The notes beneath the pieces are model-generated. The model saw only the letters and a list, made by a program, of their open reading frames with translations, had not been told where the DNA came from and did not search any database. Of a stretch of 64,000 nucleotides of DNA, positions 1 through 11,100 are shown piece by piece (position 1 is the first letter of the stretch; each line of letters opens with the position of its first letter). This stretch comes from a virus. Lineage: Duplodnaviria > Caudoviricetes. The stretch is from the IMG/VR virus record IMGVR_UViG_3300034061_005995, positions 3,869-67,868 of that record; one strand, given 5' to 3'. A program made the position numbers and the translations under genes.

Positions 1-102
1 AGCAATACTTGGATGATTTTGAACACAATCTGGGTAGTTCTTACTTAACCCAACTGTTTCAATATCAATAAATAGTAATTTAGTAATTGGAATTTTTATC
101 AT
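1..102 (-). CDS. Partial (5' end) DEDD/DnaQ-like 3'-5' exonuclease family protein
   Basis: Manual translation from ATG at 102: MIKIPITKLLFIDIETVGLSKNYPDCVQNHPSIA..., containing an ExoI-like 'FIDIETV' motif. Runs off the window edge. Confidence 0.55.
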   Translation of the reverse strand, partial: MIKIPITKLLFIDIETVGLSKNYPDCVQNHPSIA

Positions 103-105
103 TTC

Positions 106-1320
106 TTAGTTAACAATTTTTTTATAAAAATCTCTACGAGTTTTTGTTACATTATTTAAATCATATGTATCTTTTACTGTTTCATATAATCTTTCACCTA
201 AATCTGTAACAAAATTTCTATTATCCTTTAGTTTTTTGATGAATTTAAACCAATCACTATGATTTCTGTTTTCATCGACTAATAAAGCATTACCATCAGT
301 AAATTGTCCATTTTTCAATGCATGTTTTAAATCGATTGTATAAGGTCCAACATTTGAAGCTATAATAGCTTTTTTATAAAAGCCAGCCTCAATAACTTTT
401 AGTTGTGACTTAACTCTATTAAAAATATGATTTTTAATCGGTGCTAATGAAATATCAAATTTTGAATAATTTTTTGCATAAGATGTTACAGGACGAGTCC
501 AAACTCTAACATATGGCTGATTATACATATCTGGATAATCTTCTTCTTTAAATCTATTTAAAAATTTTAGATAATCATTAGAAATTCTATGATAATTACC
601 AGTAATTATTTTCTCATATTGTACCCAAACAGTTTCTTCTGGCCTAATATTTCTTTGTGTTTGTTCACCAGTTTGTTGATTAATTTCTGTTACTGAGCCA
701 CGTGTATCAAATCCACATAAATAAAATTGCAAACCATCCCTATATTCATTCAATTTTTGCATAGAATCACTTAAAAGCATTAAATCATGTAAGTGTGATG
801 AGCCGCCAAGCCATCCGATTCTTAAAAATTCACTTTCAATTGTTGGTTCAGAAAATTGTGAATCATTTGGATTTATCGCATTTGGAAAAATTATAACATT
901 TTTATTAAATTTACGAATTTCATCTGCAAAAATTGATGTTGTAGTTGTAACAAATTCCGCATGACTTAAATTATTAACAATTTTTTCATTAATCTTATTA
1001 GACCTAATTAATTCATGTATAGGATGTTCTTTTGTTGGAAGCCAATAATCATCAATGTCTACAACTGCTTTTATACCCTCTTTTTTAAGCCAATCTAAAA
1101 TAGATGGAGTTCTGTCATAATCTTGACCAATATTTCGGTGAATATGTACTATTTGATATTTTTTCCAATATTCGGGATTATTAATTTGTGGGTTATAATC
1201 AATATCAACATGAAATTCTTCAGGATATTGATTTTGTAAAAAAATGTGGGGGTCAACCGACCTGAATTTCCCAACACCACTTCTATCAGAAGGTAAAACT
1301 AAAATATTAATTTTTGACAT
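106..1320 (-). CDS. Glycosyltransferase (GT-B fold, GT4-like)
   Basis: 404 aa; 'VVDIDDYW', 'IGWLGGSSHLHDL', 'FDISLAPIKNHIFNRVKSQLKVIEAG', 'IIASNVGPY' are typical of phage GT4-like enzymes. Confidence 0.8.
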   Translation of the reverse strand: MSKINILVLPSDRSGVGKFRSVDPHIFLQNQYPEEFHVDIDYNPQINNPEYWKKYQIVHIHRNIGQDYDRTPSILDWLKKEGIKAVVDIDDYWLPTKEHPIHELIRSNKINEKIVNNLSHAEFVTTTTSIFADEIRKFNKNVIIFPNAINPNDSQFSEPTIESEFLRIGWLGGSSHLHDLMLLSDSMQKLNEYRDGLQFYLCGFDTRGSVTEINQQTGEQTQRNIRPEETVWVQYEKIITGNYHRISNDYLKFLNRFKEEDYPDMYNQPYVRVWTRPVTSYAKNYSKFDISLAPIKNHIFNRVKSQLKVIEAGFYKKAIIASNVGPYTIDLKHALKNGQFTDGNALLVDENRNHSDWFKFIKKLKDNRNFVTDLGERLYETVKDTYDLNNVTKTRRDFYKKIVN

Positions 1321-1364
1321 TAAATAAATAAACTATATTAATTATGTGAATAAATCACATAAAA

Positions 1365-1393
1365 AATATAATAAAAATAACTTATTAAGTCAA
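1365..1393 (-). promoter_or_regulatory. Putative sigma70-type promoter
   Basis: Minus strand TTGACT-N17-TATATT, upstream of the GT gene starting at 1320. Confidence 0.5.
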
Positions 1394-1397
1394 TTGA

Positions 1398-1982
1398 TTA
1401 TTGTTTTAATTTTTTTATCTTAGATATCTTACCTTCAAAAATATGTTGACCAACTTTAATCATCATAGTTTCATTAGCTTTTGAAGTATTTTCAAGTATT
1501 AAACCATTTTCTTTTAATACTTCATGAACAACCTCTTTCATCATTTTTCTTAAATCTGATGTATCAACTATTGATTGATTTTTTACTTGTCTTGTTGGGA
1601 CTTCCTTTTTTTGATTTCCCATAAGTTTTGAAGCTTTTTCAACCATTTCTTCAGACAATACTGATGTTGAATTTACCATAGGATTTTGTTGTTTAATTGG
1701 GTTTTGAATCATTAATTTTTTAATTTCATCAGGTAATTTAGATTTTAAAATTAATTCTTCATTAACAACAAATGTTTTAGTTGTATCTTTAGTGTTGGTT
1801 GCAACGTATTCTTCAGGAATATTATAATTTGCAACAGGGGTTGAAAAATCTTCAAGAACTGGTTTATCAAGTAATGGAGTGTTTATTGTTTCTGTTGCTT
1901 GGCCTCGGCCCATAGTATCATGTCTATCCATAATAGCTTTTGATACTGCTAATTTTTCCATTAATGAATTTTCATTTATCAT
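1398..1982 (-). CDS. Hypothetical protein
   Basis: 194 aa ORF, tightly packed in the minus-strand operon. Confidence 0.7.
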   Translation of the reverse strand: MINENSLMEKLAVSKAIMDRHDTMGRGQATETINTPLLDKPVLEDFSTPVANYNIPEEYVATNTKDTTKTFVVNEELILKSKLPDEIKKLMIQNPIKQQNPMVNSTSVLSEEMVEKASKLMGNQKKEVPTRQVKNQSIVDTSDLRKMMKEVVHEVLKENGLILENTSKANETMMIKVGQHIFEGKISKIKKLKQ

Positions 1983-1983
1983 A

Positions 1984-2664
1984 TTATTTTAAATAATTAT
2001 TTTTAATAGCCAATTGTATTTCAGCAATTTTATTTGATACAATTGGTCTTAATTTATTTATATCTTTTTGTGTTAAATTTCTACCAAGATATCTTCTAAT
2101 TTCTGAATATATTCTTCTATAAGCTTCAGCTGCAGATTCTAATTTCAAATCTGTTAAGAATTTTTGAAGAGACTCACGATTATTTTGATAAGGCTTAACC
2201 AATTCAGACATATATTTAGATATAACATCATTTATAATATTGTCAAGATTATTTTCAATAATATCTTTCAATGAAGTTACACCATCAAATATTGCATTAA
2301 TAATTATATTAGTCATTGAATCATCACCATCAAAATTATAATCAGGTCTTGGACTATCAAAAAAATCCCCTGTCGGTTTAAATGACATTATTTTATCAAT
2401 TCTGAACAATCTCCATCCTGGTAAAGGTTGTGAGCCTAAATACCCAGTATGTGATGCACCTTCATAATCCCAAGCTCTTAAAACTAAGTTATTCGCTTTA
2501 CTATATCCTAAGCAAACAGGTTCAATTTCACGCAAACCAGTACCTCCAGGTTCATCACCATCATAGTAAATGATTATCACTTTACGATTTTTTATCGCAT
2601 CAATGATATTTTCTCTTGTTGCTTGTTCAGTAATTAACGATATAACAGATTTTAACAATCTCAT
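1984..2664 (-). CDS. WYL-domain-like protein
   Basis: 'IIDAIKNRKVIIIYY...REIEPVCLG...LRAWD...WRLFRIDKI' follows the WYL domain pattern. No N-terminal HTH is evident. Confidence 0.7.
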   Translation of the reverse strand: MRLLKSVISLITEQATRENIIDAIKNRKVIIIYYDGDEPGGTGLREIEPVCLGYSKANNLVLRAWDYEGASHTGYLGSQPLPGWRLFRIDKIMSFKPTGDFFDSPRPDYNFDGDDSMTNIIINAIFDGVTSLKDIIENNLDNIINDVISKYMSELVKPYQNNRESLQKFLTDLKLESAAEAYRRIYSEIRRYLGRNLTQKDINKLRPIVSNKIAEIQLAIKNNYLK

Positions 2665-2954
2665 TAGAAATCTGGGTATGTTTTATTCTGATTATATTTA
2701 TTGATTTTTATATCATCTTTTCTTTCAGTAATGTCAAGAATAGTTCCAGCATTATTGTTGTAAACATCAAGAAAATTACCAGTACCTCTCCCTAAATCAT
2801 CACCATCAGCTAATGCATCTTTATTTGTTGATGAGTAAAGATTTTTAGTTGTATAATCATTTTTAGGAAAAAGTTTCTTTCTTTCTTGTTCAGCAACGTC
2901 AGATAATAAGTTATCTTCAGATTGTGTTAAATCAATAGGTTCTTGTTGTGGCAT
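2664..2954 (-). CDS. Hypothetical protein
   Basis: 96 aa ORF abutting its neighbours. Confidence 0.65.
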   Translation of the reverse strand: MPQQEPIDLTQSEDNLLSDVAEQERKKLFPKNDYTTKNLYSSTNKDALADGDDLGRGTGNFLDVYNNNAGTILDITERKDDIKINKYNQNKTYPDF

Positions 2955-2956
2955 AA

Positions 2957-3367
2957 TTATGTTTTTAAAATTATTTCGTTTATTCTTTGAAGACTTTCAA
3001 CAACTTTTAACCCAGAAATTTCTGATGAATGTTGTTTAGTTGGTCTATTTAAATCATTTATATTATTTTTTTCATGTGATTGTAAATAGGCATTTTCCAT
3101 ACCTGTTTCCATTTTATTTCTTTTAGTTAAATCAATACTACTTCTATCAGAATTTAATGATTGATTAACCCAAGTTAAAAATTGATTTCCACCCAATTGT
3201 TCAGTTTCACCATTTTCCATCTTGTGTTTAATTTTTTTTAAATTTTGATATGTAACAGTTTTTCTTGATAAAATATTATCAATAATTTCATTCCCAGAAT
3301 ATTTTCTTAAATTATTTAAAATATTTTGAGGAACTGTATAAATTTTATTATATAAATCTTTATTCAC
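2957..3367 (-). CDS. Hypothetical protein
   Basis: 136 aa ORF overlapping the upstream gene's stop. Confidence 0.65.
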   Translation of the reverse strand: MNKDLYNKIYTVPQNILNNLRKYSGNEIIDNILSRKTVTYQNLKKIKHKMENGETEQLGGNQFLTWVNQSLNSDRSSIDLTKRNKMETGMENAYLQSHEKNNINDLNRPTKQHSSEISGLKVVESLQRINEIILKT

Positions 3368-4229
3368 TCTTAATTAAACTAACTAATTGATTTATGGTTA
3401 ACCCCTCTTTTTCAGCCATTTTTTTAATTGTTGCGATGTTTTTTTCTAAAATTTTTGAAATTTTAAAATCTGAATCGCTTACATTATAAGTACCTTTTTT
3501 TACAATATCTTTATTAGAATTTCGTTTTTTTAATATAATTTCTATCATTTTTTGTCTTTCAACTTCAGATAACGTCATTCTATCAATAAAACCTTTAGAT
3601 TTTCTAATTTCTTTAGGAGCATTTTTAGTTTTTTTACCATAAGGGTCCTTACCAAATTCTTTAGTACGCTCAAGAGCATCTTCATGTGTCATACCCATAT
3701 TTTTAACCAAATATTCATAAGTTTCCGCCCCACTCATTTCTTTAGTTTCTTCATAACCAAATGCTTCAGAATAATCAATTTCTTGAACAACTTTTTTAGA
3801 TTTTTCAGCGTTTTCACCATAATATTTTCTATATCCTCTTGTTACAGGATTAATTACATCACGAGTTGCTGGTATTATTTGGTCAGTTGTTTTTTTAGAC
3901 GCTAAACCTTTATCATAAATTGGTATAGATGAATTTAATAGTGTACCATCAGCATCAACTAATTCATCAAGTTCACCTTCAACATTTTCGATAGATTTAA
4001 AATATTTTTTTATTTGCTCTTTATTTTTTAATTTTTTACCTTTTAATATATTAAAAACACCTTTTTTAACAGCTTCAGCATTTTTTTTATCGAAATCGAT
4101 TTTTTCCTCCGAAATTCTTGATTCTGATAATGTAAGACCTATAGAATAATATAATGAAATGGTTTCAGCATTTTCAACAATCAAAAAATAATAAGGATTT
4201 GAAAAATATTCAGTATTTAACTTAATCAT
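3360..4229 (-). CDS. Hypothetical protein
   Basis: 289 aa ORF preceded by a TATTTATA motif on the minus strand (4242-4249). Confidence 0.7.
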   Translation of the reverse strand: MIKLNTEYFSNPYYFLIVENAETISLYYSIGLTLSESRISEEKIDFDKKNAEAVKKGVFNILKGKKLKNKEQIKKYFKSIENVEGELDELVDADGTLLNSSIPIYDKGLASKKTTDQIIPATRDVINPVTRGYRKYYGENAEKSKKVVQEIDYSEAFGYEETKEMSGAETYEYLVKNMGMTHEDALERTKEFGKDPYGKKTKNAPKEIRKSKGFIDRMTLSEVERQKMIEIILKKRNSNKDIVKKGTYNVSDSDFKISKILEKNIATIKKMAEKEGLTINQLVSLIKSE

Positions 4230-4236
4230 ATCTTTT

Positions 4237-4275
4237 TTTTATATAAATACTACGATGTTAGGTATTTATATAAAA
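4237..4275. promoter_or_regulatory. Back-to-back putative late promoters forming a 14-bp inverted repeat
   Basis: TTTTATATAAATAC (4237-4250) and GTATTTATATAAAA (4262-4275) lie between divergent genes. Each arm gives TATTTATA on the sense strand of one gene. Confidence 0.6.
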
Positions 4276-7040
4276 TGATATACCAAAATATAAATCAATA
4301 TAATTATCCTAAATGGTATTTGTTATTTAGAGACAATATCATGGATTTTTGTTTAGCCTCAGATGAGAGAGATTATAATGAAGAAGTTATTTTTTCTGAT
4401 AATATTATTGCATTAAATGACGGTACAAAATTACCAATTAATTTTGATTTAAATAACCCAGAATCAAGTGAATTGTATGTACTTAGATATAATAATTATA
4501 ATCCATATAATAATTTAATTTCCACAAATTATTATAACCCTAAAAAAATTGATTTAACATGTCTTAGTTCACAAACAATATGTGATATTGGTTTAACAGG
4601 TACTGATAATGGTTTGGTAACAAATATGACAGGTGAAAGTATTACTGTTACTGAAGGTTTATTATCTAACAACGATAAATTTGATAGATTATCTTTTGAT
4701 AGAAGGTTAAAATTACATCAAGTAACAGGATATACATTATCACCAAATGTTAAATTCTCAGGATTATCTGGGGATATGTTATTCAATGTAGTTTCTGTAC
4801 AGGAAGATAAGGTTGGTATATATCATGAATTGTATGGTGGATTTTACCAAGGATTTTATAAATTATTTGGATATGAGTATGAAATATTTCCAACAAGAGT
4901 GAATCGTGGTTGGACAGTTGAACTTTTATTAAAACCAAGATTAAAAAATAAATATACTCCTGCGATTGGACAAAATACCTTAAATGATATATATCCACAA
5001 AATAAAAATACGTTTTTTTATTTTGGAACAAGAGCTGAAAACAAATATTATCACCATGCTGATGGTTCGCCTGAAGAATTACCAGGATATAATCGAGTAA
5101 CAAGTGGATTAACCACCTTAGAGACTTGTGCATGTTGTAATCAAACAATTACAAATTCACGTTGTATTTACGTATACCCCCCAAAATCAAATAATGATAT
5201 TCATGACCCACATTTAAATTATTCATGCAGCAGTTGTGGTGAAAAATTACAAGTTACTGAAAATAAATCATATTTACCTTGTAAATGTGGTTGTGATGAC
5301 CCGTCTTATCCAAATTGTGGATGGGAATGTCGAGAACATTATTGTTTAACAGCAATTACAACAACCACAACAACTTTAAGTGGTGATTGTCAATCTTGTG
5401 ATTATTGTGAAACTTGTTCAAAAAATGGTTCAATACAATCTACTTGTGAATTAGACCCACTATTTGATTCAATGTCAAATGCTATATCTTTTAAACTATG
5501 TGGGGACCCTAAAAATCCACAAATAGGTATTAAAATTTTAAGGTTTACTGGAGATTGTGTTACTACAGGTACTTGTACAACAGGAATTACTTATGTTACT
5601 GGTTATACTATACAAGAATTATGTACACCAAATTCAATATATGATATATGTGAAACAAAGTTTCCACCATTTATTAATAATGAGCATTGGGTGCAATTAA
5701 ATTTTGTTTGGTCAAGAAATTATTACCTTGAAGAATGCGATTTATTTTATAAAGGTGGTTTAGGTTTAATTACAAGAATCGAATTTTTACAATCACTTGC
5801 AAATAATTCAATAAGTTTAATCTCACCAGAAATTTCAAGAGGTTGTGAATCTGATGAAAAAATTGAGCTTGTAGAATTAAATGAAAAATGGTTAAATGAA
5901 AAAGATTTTAGAAATGGTACATTAAAGATTTATGTTAATGGGAAATTATTTCACACTTTTTATAATATTGAAGAAATTATTCCAAGAGGTTTAAATACTG
6001 ATAAAGAAAAACAAATTGGTGTACCTTTTAACATTTCTTGGGGTGGTGGTACGCAAGGATTGCATAATCATTTAATTTTTACAGGAATACCTGAAAGTAT
6101 AAGTGGTATTACATACCAACAAGACCCTGAATTATTTCCTGAAAATATTTTAAGTGCAACAACATTTTCCGCCTTAAGTACAAATATTCTTATTGAACAA
6201 AATTTTGCAGGAACTTTTGAAGGTGCAATATCACAATTTAGAATGTATACCGAACCATTAATGGCTGATGAAATAAAACATAATTATTTAATATTAAAAG
6301 ATAAATTCGATTTACTTGATTATGATTGCCCAAATTGTGAAACTGTTGTAACAACCACAACAACAACTCCAATAATTACACCAACACCAACACCAATTGT
6401 ACCACAATGTTTTGCATATGTTGTTGCAGAGCCTCAAGATAGTTTGAACTCATTAACTAATTTAGGTTCTTATATGTATTATCAGGCTGATGGTATTACA
6501 CCAGATGTTAATGTTGATTGGTATGGATTTGACAATTCTGGTTCATGGGCTGACCCAAATTCTGAAAATTATTCATATATTCTATCAAAATATATTTCAT
6601 ATAGCGGATTTTCACAATCAATTGGAAATTTTGTATCACCCCAATTAGTTAAAGGTGCAATAAACCAAACAAATAATATAATATTTGATAAATTTGGTTG
6701 TCCAACTGCAAAACATGATTTTGAAACTATTGAGATTAATCCAAATTTATTTAATACTGATATTCAATATTTATATACAATTTGGATTCCAACAACTTGT
6801 GTTGGTGGGCCAATTAGCAACGTAACTTTAGAAATTGGTTATAATTCTACTCCATGTTCATTTGACACGTTCGCAATTCCTGACCCAGTAATATCATTAA
6901 AACCGATAACAGTTCAAGGAAATGCTGCAATACCTGATGGTGATTATGTTGTATTGTATTGTTCAAGTACAACATTATTGCCAATATCTTTACCTTCAAA
7001 TAATATAATTTATTTTAAAGGTATTAACATAATTAATTAA
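4275..7040 (+). CDS. Putative virion structural protein (Cys-rich, LamG/ConA-like segments, Thr/Pro linker, duplicated C-terminal domain)
   Basis: 921 aa; 'GWTVELLLKP', 'LKIYVNGK', 'FEGAISQFRMYTEPL...EIKHNY' are LamG-like. Poly-Thr tracts present. The C-terminal ~210 aa are paralogous to the next gene. Confidence 0.55.
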   Translation: MIYQNINQYNYPKWYLLFRDNIMDFCLASDERDYNEEVIFSDNIIALNDGTKLPINFDLNNPESSELYVLRYNNYNPYNNLISTNYYNPKKIDLTCLSSQTICDIGLTGTDNGLVTNMTGESITVTEGLLSNNDKFDRLSFDRRLKLHQVTGYTLSPNVKFSGLSGDMLFNVVSVQEDKVGIYHELYGGFYQGFYKLFGYEYEIFPTRVNRGWTVELLLKPRLKNKYTPAIGQNTLNDIYPQNKNTFFYFGTRAENKYYHHADGSPEELPGYNRVTSGLTTLETCACCNQTITNSRCIYVYPPKSNNDIHDPHLNYSCSSCGEKLQVTENKSYLPCKCGCDDPSYPNCGWECREHYCLTAITTTTTTLSGDCQSCDYCETCSKNGSIQSTCELDPLFDSMSNAISFKLCGDPKNPQIGIKILRFTGDCVTTGTCTTGITYVTGYTIQELCTPNSIYDICETKFPPFINNEHWVQLNFVWSRNYYLEECDLFYKGGLGLITRIEFLQSLANNSISLISPEISRGCESDEKIELVELNEKWLNEKDFRNGTLKIYVNGKLFHTFYNIEEIIPRGLNTDKEKQIGVPFNISWGGGTQGLHNHLIFTGIPESISGITYQQDPELFPENILSATTFSALSTNILIEQNFAGTFEGAISQFRMYTEPLMADEIKHNYLILKDKFDLLDYDCPNCETVVTTTTTTPIITPTPTPIVPQCFAYVVAEPQDSLNSLTNLGSYMYYQADGITPDVNVDWYGFDNSGSWADPNSENYSYILSKYISYSGFSQSIGNFVSPQLVKGAINQTNNIIFDKFGCPTAKHDFETIEINPNLFNTDIQYLYTIWIPTTCVGGPISNVTLEIGYNSTPCSFDTFAIPDPVISLKPITVQGNAAIPDGDYVVLYCSSTTLLPISLPSNNIIYFKGINIIN

Positions 7041-8142
7041 AATTAATATGGATTTTTATATTAAAAAAAATGCGACATTACCAGTAATAAAAATGCTTAT
7101 AGTAAGAGATGGTAGGAGCGATTATCATAATTTTGATAATTTATCAAACTCTGAAATATTATTTAGCATGTTTGATATTGAAAAAAAAATAATAAAAACT
7201 GCATCGAGACCTACACAAATTGTTATTCAAAAAAATTCTAAAGGTTATGATGAATATTGGGTTCAATACGCTTTCAAAGCGAGAGATACTAAAACCCCTG
7301 GAGTTTTTAAAGCACAATTTTCAATTAAAAATTCAACAGGTGAAGTAATATTACCATTAAGTGAGGATGTATTTATATACGTACAAGATAGTTTTGTAAA
7401 TCTTGAAGAATGCTGTAGAAAAATTCAAATTGTTAGTCCAACACCGACTTTAACACCAACAGCAACTCCGACACCAACACCTACGCCAACTCCGACACTT
7501 ATACCATCAACATGTTTTGCATATGTTGTTGCAGAGCCTCAAGATAGTTTGAACTCATTAACTAATTTAGGTTCTTACATGTATTATGAGGCTGATGGCA
7601 TTACACCAGATGTTAATGTTGATTGGTATGGATTTGGTAACTCTGGTTCATGGGCTGACCCAACATCAATTAATTATTCATATACTTTATCGAAATATAT
7701 TTCATATAGCGGATTTTCACAATCAGTTGGAAATTTTGTATCGCCACAATTAATTAAAGGTGGGATAAATCAAAATGGGTATATTATTGATGATGCTTTT
7801 GGTTGTTCAGTAAATCAATATTCATTTGGCTCAATTGAAGTACCAATTTCATTAGTAAATCCAAATATTCAATATTTATATACAATATGGATTCCTTTAG
7901 ATTGTGTAAATAATGAAATGGAAAACATGATTTTAGAAATTGGATATAATTCATCCCCTTGCTCATTTGATGCTGTTGCAACACCTGACCCAATAATATC
8001 ACAAACAAATGTTACTGTAAGCAATAGTTCAACAATACCAACTGGTGAATATAGAGTATTATATTGTTCAAATACTGCACTATTACCTATAACAATTCCA
8101 ACAAATAATAATATTTATTTCAAAGGGGTTAATAAAACATAA
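6408..8142 (+). repeat. Duplicated ~630-nt coding module (6408-7040 and 7513-8142)
   Basis: Both copies begin TGTTTTGCATATGTTGTTGCAGAGCCTCAAGATAGTTTGAACTCATTAACTAATTTAGGTTCTTA and encode CFAYVVAEPQDSLNSLTNLGSYMYY...NNIxYFKGxN. Confidence 0.9.
7048..8142 (+). CDS. Putative structural protein: BppU-like N-terminal domain, Pro/Thr linker, duplicated C-terminal domain
   Basis: N-terminus 'MDFYIKKNATLPVIKMLIVRDGR...YAFKARDTKTPGVFKAQF' is paralogous to 26044-26403. (PT)n linker. Confidence 0.55.
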   Translation: MDFYIKKNATLPVIKMLIVRDGRSDYHNFDNLSNSEILFSMFDIEKKIIKTASRPTQIVIQKNSKGYDEYWVQYAFKARDTKTPGVFKAQFSIKNSTGEVILPLSEDVFIYVQDSFVNLEECCRKIQIVSPTPTLTPTATPTPTPTPTPTLIPSTCFAYVVAEPQDSLNSLTNLGSYMYYEADGITPDVNVDWYGFGNSGSWADPTSINYSYTLSKYISYSGFSQSVGNFVSPQLIKGGINQNGYIIDDAFGCSVNQYSFGSIEVPISLVNPNIQYLYTIWIPLDCVNNEMENMILEIGYNSSPCSFDAVATPDPIISQTNVTVSNSSTIPTGEYRVLYCSNTALLPITIPTNNNIYFKGVNKT

Positions 8143-8166
8143 TACAATATAATTATATAATAAAAT

Positions 8167-11100
8167 ATGCCGTTTATTTATAAAAATCCATTAACATCAA
8201 CGCAATTATCAAGTGCGTTTTCTGTACCAAGAACTTCTGTACAGGCAACAAATTTTAGTAATTCTACCGTTGGTGGTTGGCAAGAATTTGCTAATATTAG
8301 TGATTTAGATTTATTTTTCTCAGGTACTGGTTTACAACAATGGTCAAATGTTAAATTACCTATTAATATAACAATTGGTTCTGGAGTTTTTAATCCAACG
8401 TTTATAACTTTAAATTCTGATAATTTTTCTTCAGGTAGAAGAAAAATCGGTATGGCGGTATATGTTCATGAAACAGATTCAATTTATCAATACCAAATTG
8501 ATAATTATGAAACCTTATGGACTGCAGCAACTGCAAGTACTGGTACAGTAACAATAAATTCATATGATACTGTTGTTAGAAATAACTCACCTGCTGGACA
8601 AACATTTATAAATTCTTGGACCGCAAATACTATTGAAGGTATTAATGGTGTAACACGTGAAAACGCAAGGTGGAGATTACTTGCACAAAATTGTTGCTTA
8701 ACTGGCGGAACATATTTTTCAGCAACAAGTACTTTAGAATTATATCAACAAAACGGTGAAGTAATAACGATTACTGGAATTACTGCTGGAAGCGGAGGAA
8801 GTCCACTAACTGTTGAAGATAGCCTTACAACTGTAAATAATGTTAATAAAATTATTATTAGTGGTGCTACAGTAATAAATCAAGGACCTGGTGAAGTTTT
8901 AATATTTTTTAATACAAGTGGAAATGGCACCTCTGGTACATCTGGAAGTAGTGGAATTTCAGGTTCAAGTGGAAGTTCGGGTACGTCAGGAAGTTCAGGC
9001 ACATCGGGTAGTAGTGGAGTTTCTGGCTCAAGTGGAAGCTCAGGAACATCGGGTAGTAGTGGAGTTTCTGGCTCAAGTGGAAGCTCAGGAACATCGGGTA
9101 ATAGTGGAACTTCAGGTTCAAGTGGAAGTTCAGGCACATCGGGTAGTAGTGGAGTTTCTGGCTCAAGTGGAAGCTCAGGAACATCGGGTAATAGTGGAAC
9201 TTCAGGTTCAAGTGGAAGTTCTGGAACATCTGGAAACAGTGGAACTTCAGGTTCAAGTGGGAGTAGTGGAAGTTCAGGCACATCGGGTAGTAGTGGAGTT
9301 TCAGGTTCAAGTGGAAGTTCTGGCACATCAGGAAGTAGCGGTACTTCAGGTTCAAGTGGAAGTTCTGGCACATCAGGAAGTAGCGGTACTTCAGGTTCAA
9401 GCGGAAGCTCTGGAAGTAGCGGCTCAAATGGTAGCTCAGGGACTTCTGGAAGTAGTGGTTTAAGTGGAAGTTCAGGAACGTCTGGAAGCAGTGGAAGTTC
9501 TGGAACATCAGGAATTAGCGGAACTTCTGGTGTTAATGGTTCTTCAGGAACTTCAGGTAGTAGTGGAACATCAGGTGTTTCACCAATTTATGTTGGTAGT
9601 TCCAATAACTGTATTTCATTAAGTTCATTAACAATTAGTTCAGCAATAACATTAACAGCAAATACTGGTTTAGCATACACTATAGGTCAAAGTATATTAG
9701 TAGCAAATAGTCCAACAAGTAATTTTAAAGGTTCTGTTAGCTCTTATAATTCAATCACTGGAGAATTGACTTTAATAGTTACTGAAATTACTGGTACTGG
9801 AACATTTTGTACTTGGCAATTAAATTTGGCTGGGGCTGTCGGTTCAAATGGTAGCTCAGGAACATCTGGAAGTAGCGGTTCAAACGGTAGCTCTGGAAGT
9901 AGTGGAAGCTCAGGAACCTCTGGAAGTAGTGGAAGTTCAGGTTCAAGCGGAAGCTCAGGAACCTCTGGAAGTAGCGGAATTTCAGGGTCAAGTGGAAGTT
10001 CGGGTTCAAGTGGAACTTCAGGAAGTAGTGGTTCAAATGGTAGCTCAGGAACATCTGGAAGTAGTGGAAGTTCAGGTTCAAGCGGAAGCTCAGGAACCTC
10101 TGGAAGTAGTGGAAGTTCAGGTTCAAGCGGAAGCTCAGGAACCTCTGGAAGTAGCGGAATTTCAGGGTCAAGTGGAAGTTCGGGTTCAAGTGGAACTTCA
10201 GGAAGTAGTGGTTCAAATGGTAGCTCAGGAAGTTCTGGCACATCAGGAAGTAGTGGAACTTCTGGAACAAGCGGTGAAAATGGCATATCTGCAGGTAGAG
10301 TATATTATTTCAATTTAAGTGAAAATAGCGATGTCGTTGGTTATAAAATTTTATCGGAAAATCCTACAACAGCCACAACACAAACAGTATTTAAAGTAGT
10401 AAGTGGTAATACTCAAAATGTTCTAATTGAACAATTTATTACCGATGAATTGGGCTTTAACATCATTCCAGCTGGTGTTCAGAGATTCTTTTTATATTAT
10501 TTAAAAGAGTCTCAAAACACAAATATGCAAGCATATTTGACATTAGAATTAGCTAATAGTGGTGGAACAAGTTATGGTGTTGTATTAACAGCTAATACCG
10601 AAACAATTGGTTGGAATTTTGGAAATCCTGCGGAAACTGTTATTGAAATAGTATTTTCAACAACAAATATTAATCCTACTGATAGGTTGATATGCAAATT
10701 ATATGTTAATAATTTAGATAGTACTGATAGAGATACAACATTTTATACCGAAAATGGTACATATTCTTTTGTAATCACTTCTGTTGGTCAAGTTGCTGGA
10801 ACATCTGGAAGTAGCGGAAGTTCTGGAACATCTGGAAACAGTGGAACTTCAGGTTCAAGTGGGAGTAGTGGAAGTTCAGGCACATCGGGTAGTAGTGGAG
10901 TTTCAGGTTCAAGTGGAAGTTCTGGCACATCAGGAAGTAGCGGTACTTCAGGTTCAAGCGGAAGTTCTGGCACATCAGGAAGTAGCGGTACTTCAGGTTC
11001 AAGCGGAAGCTCTGGTATATCAGGAAGTAGCGGTACTTCAGGTTCAAGCGGAAGCTCTGGTATATCAATAACTGGTGGTACTTACAATATACCAACAGCA

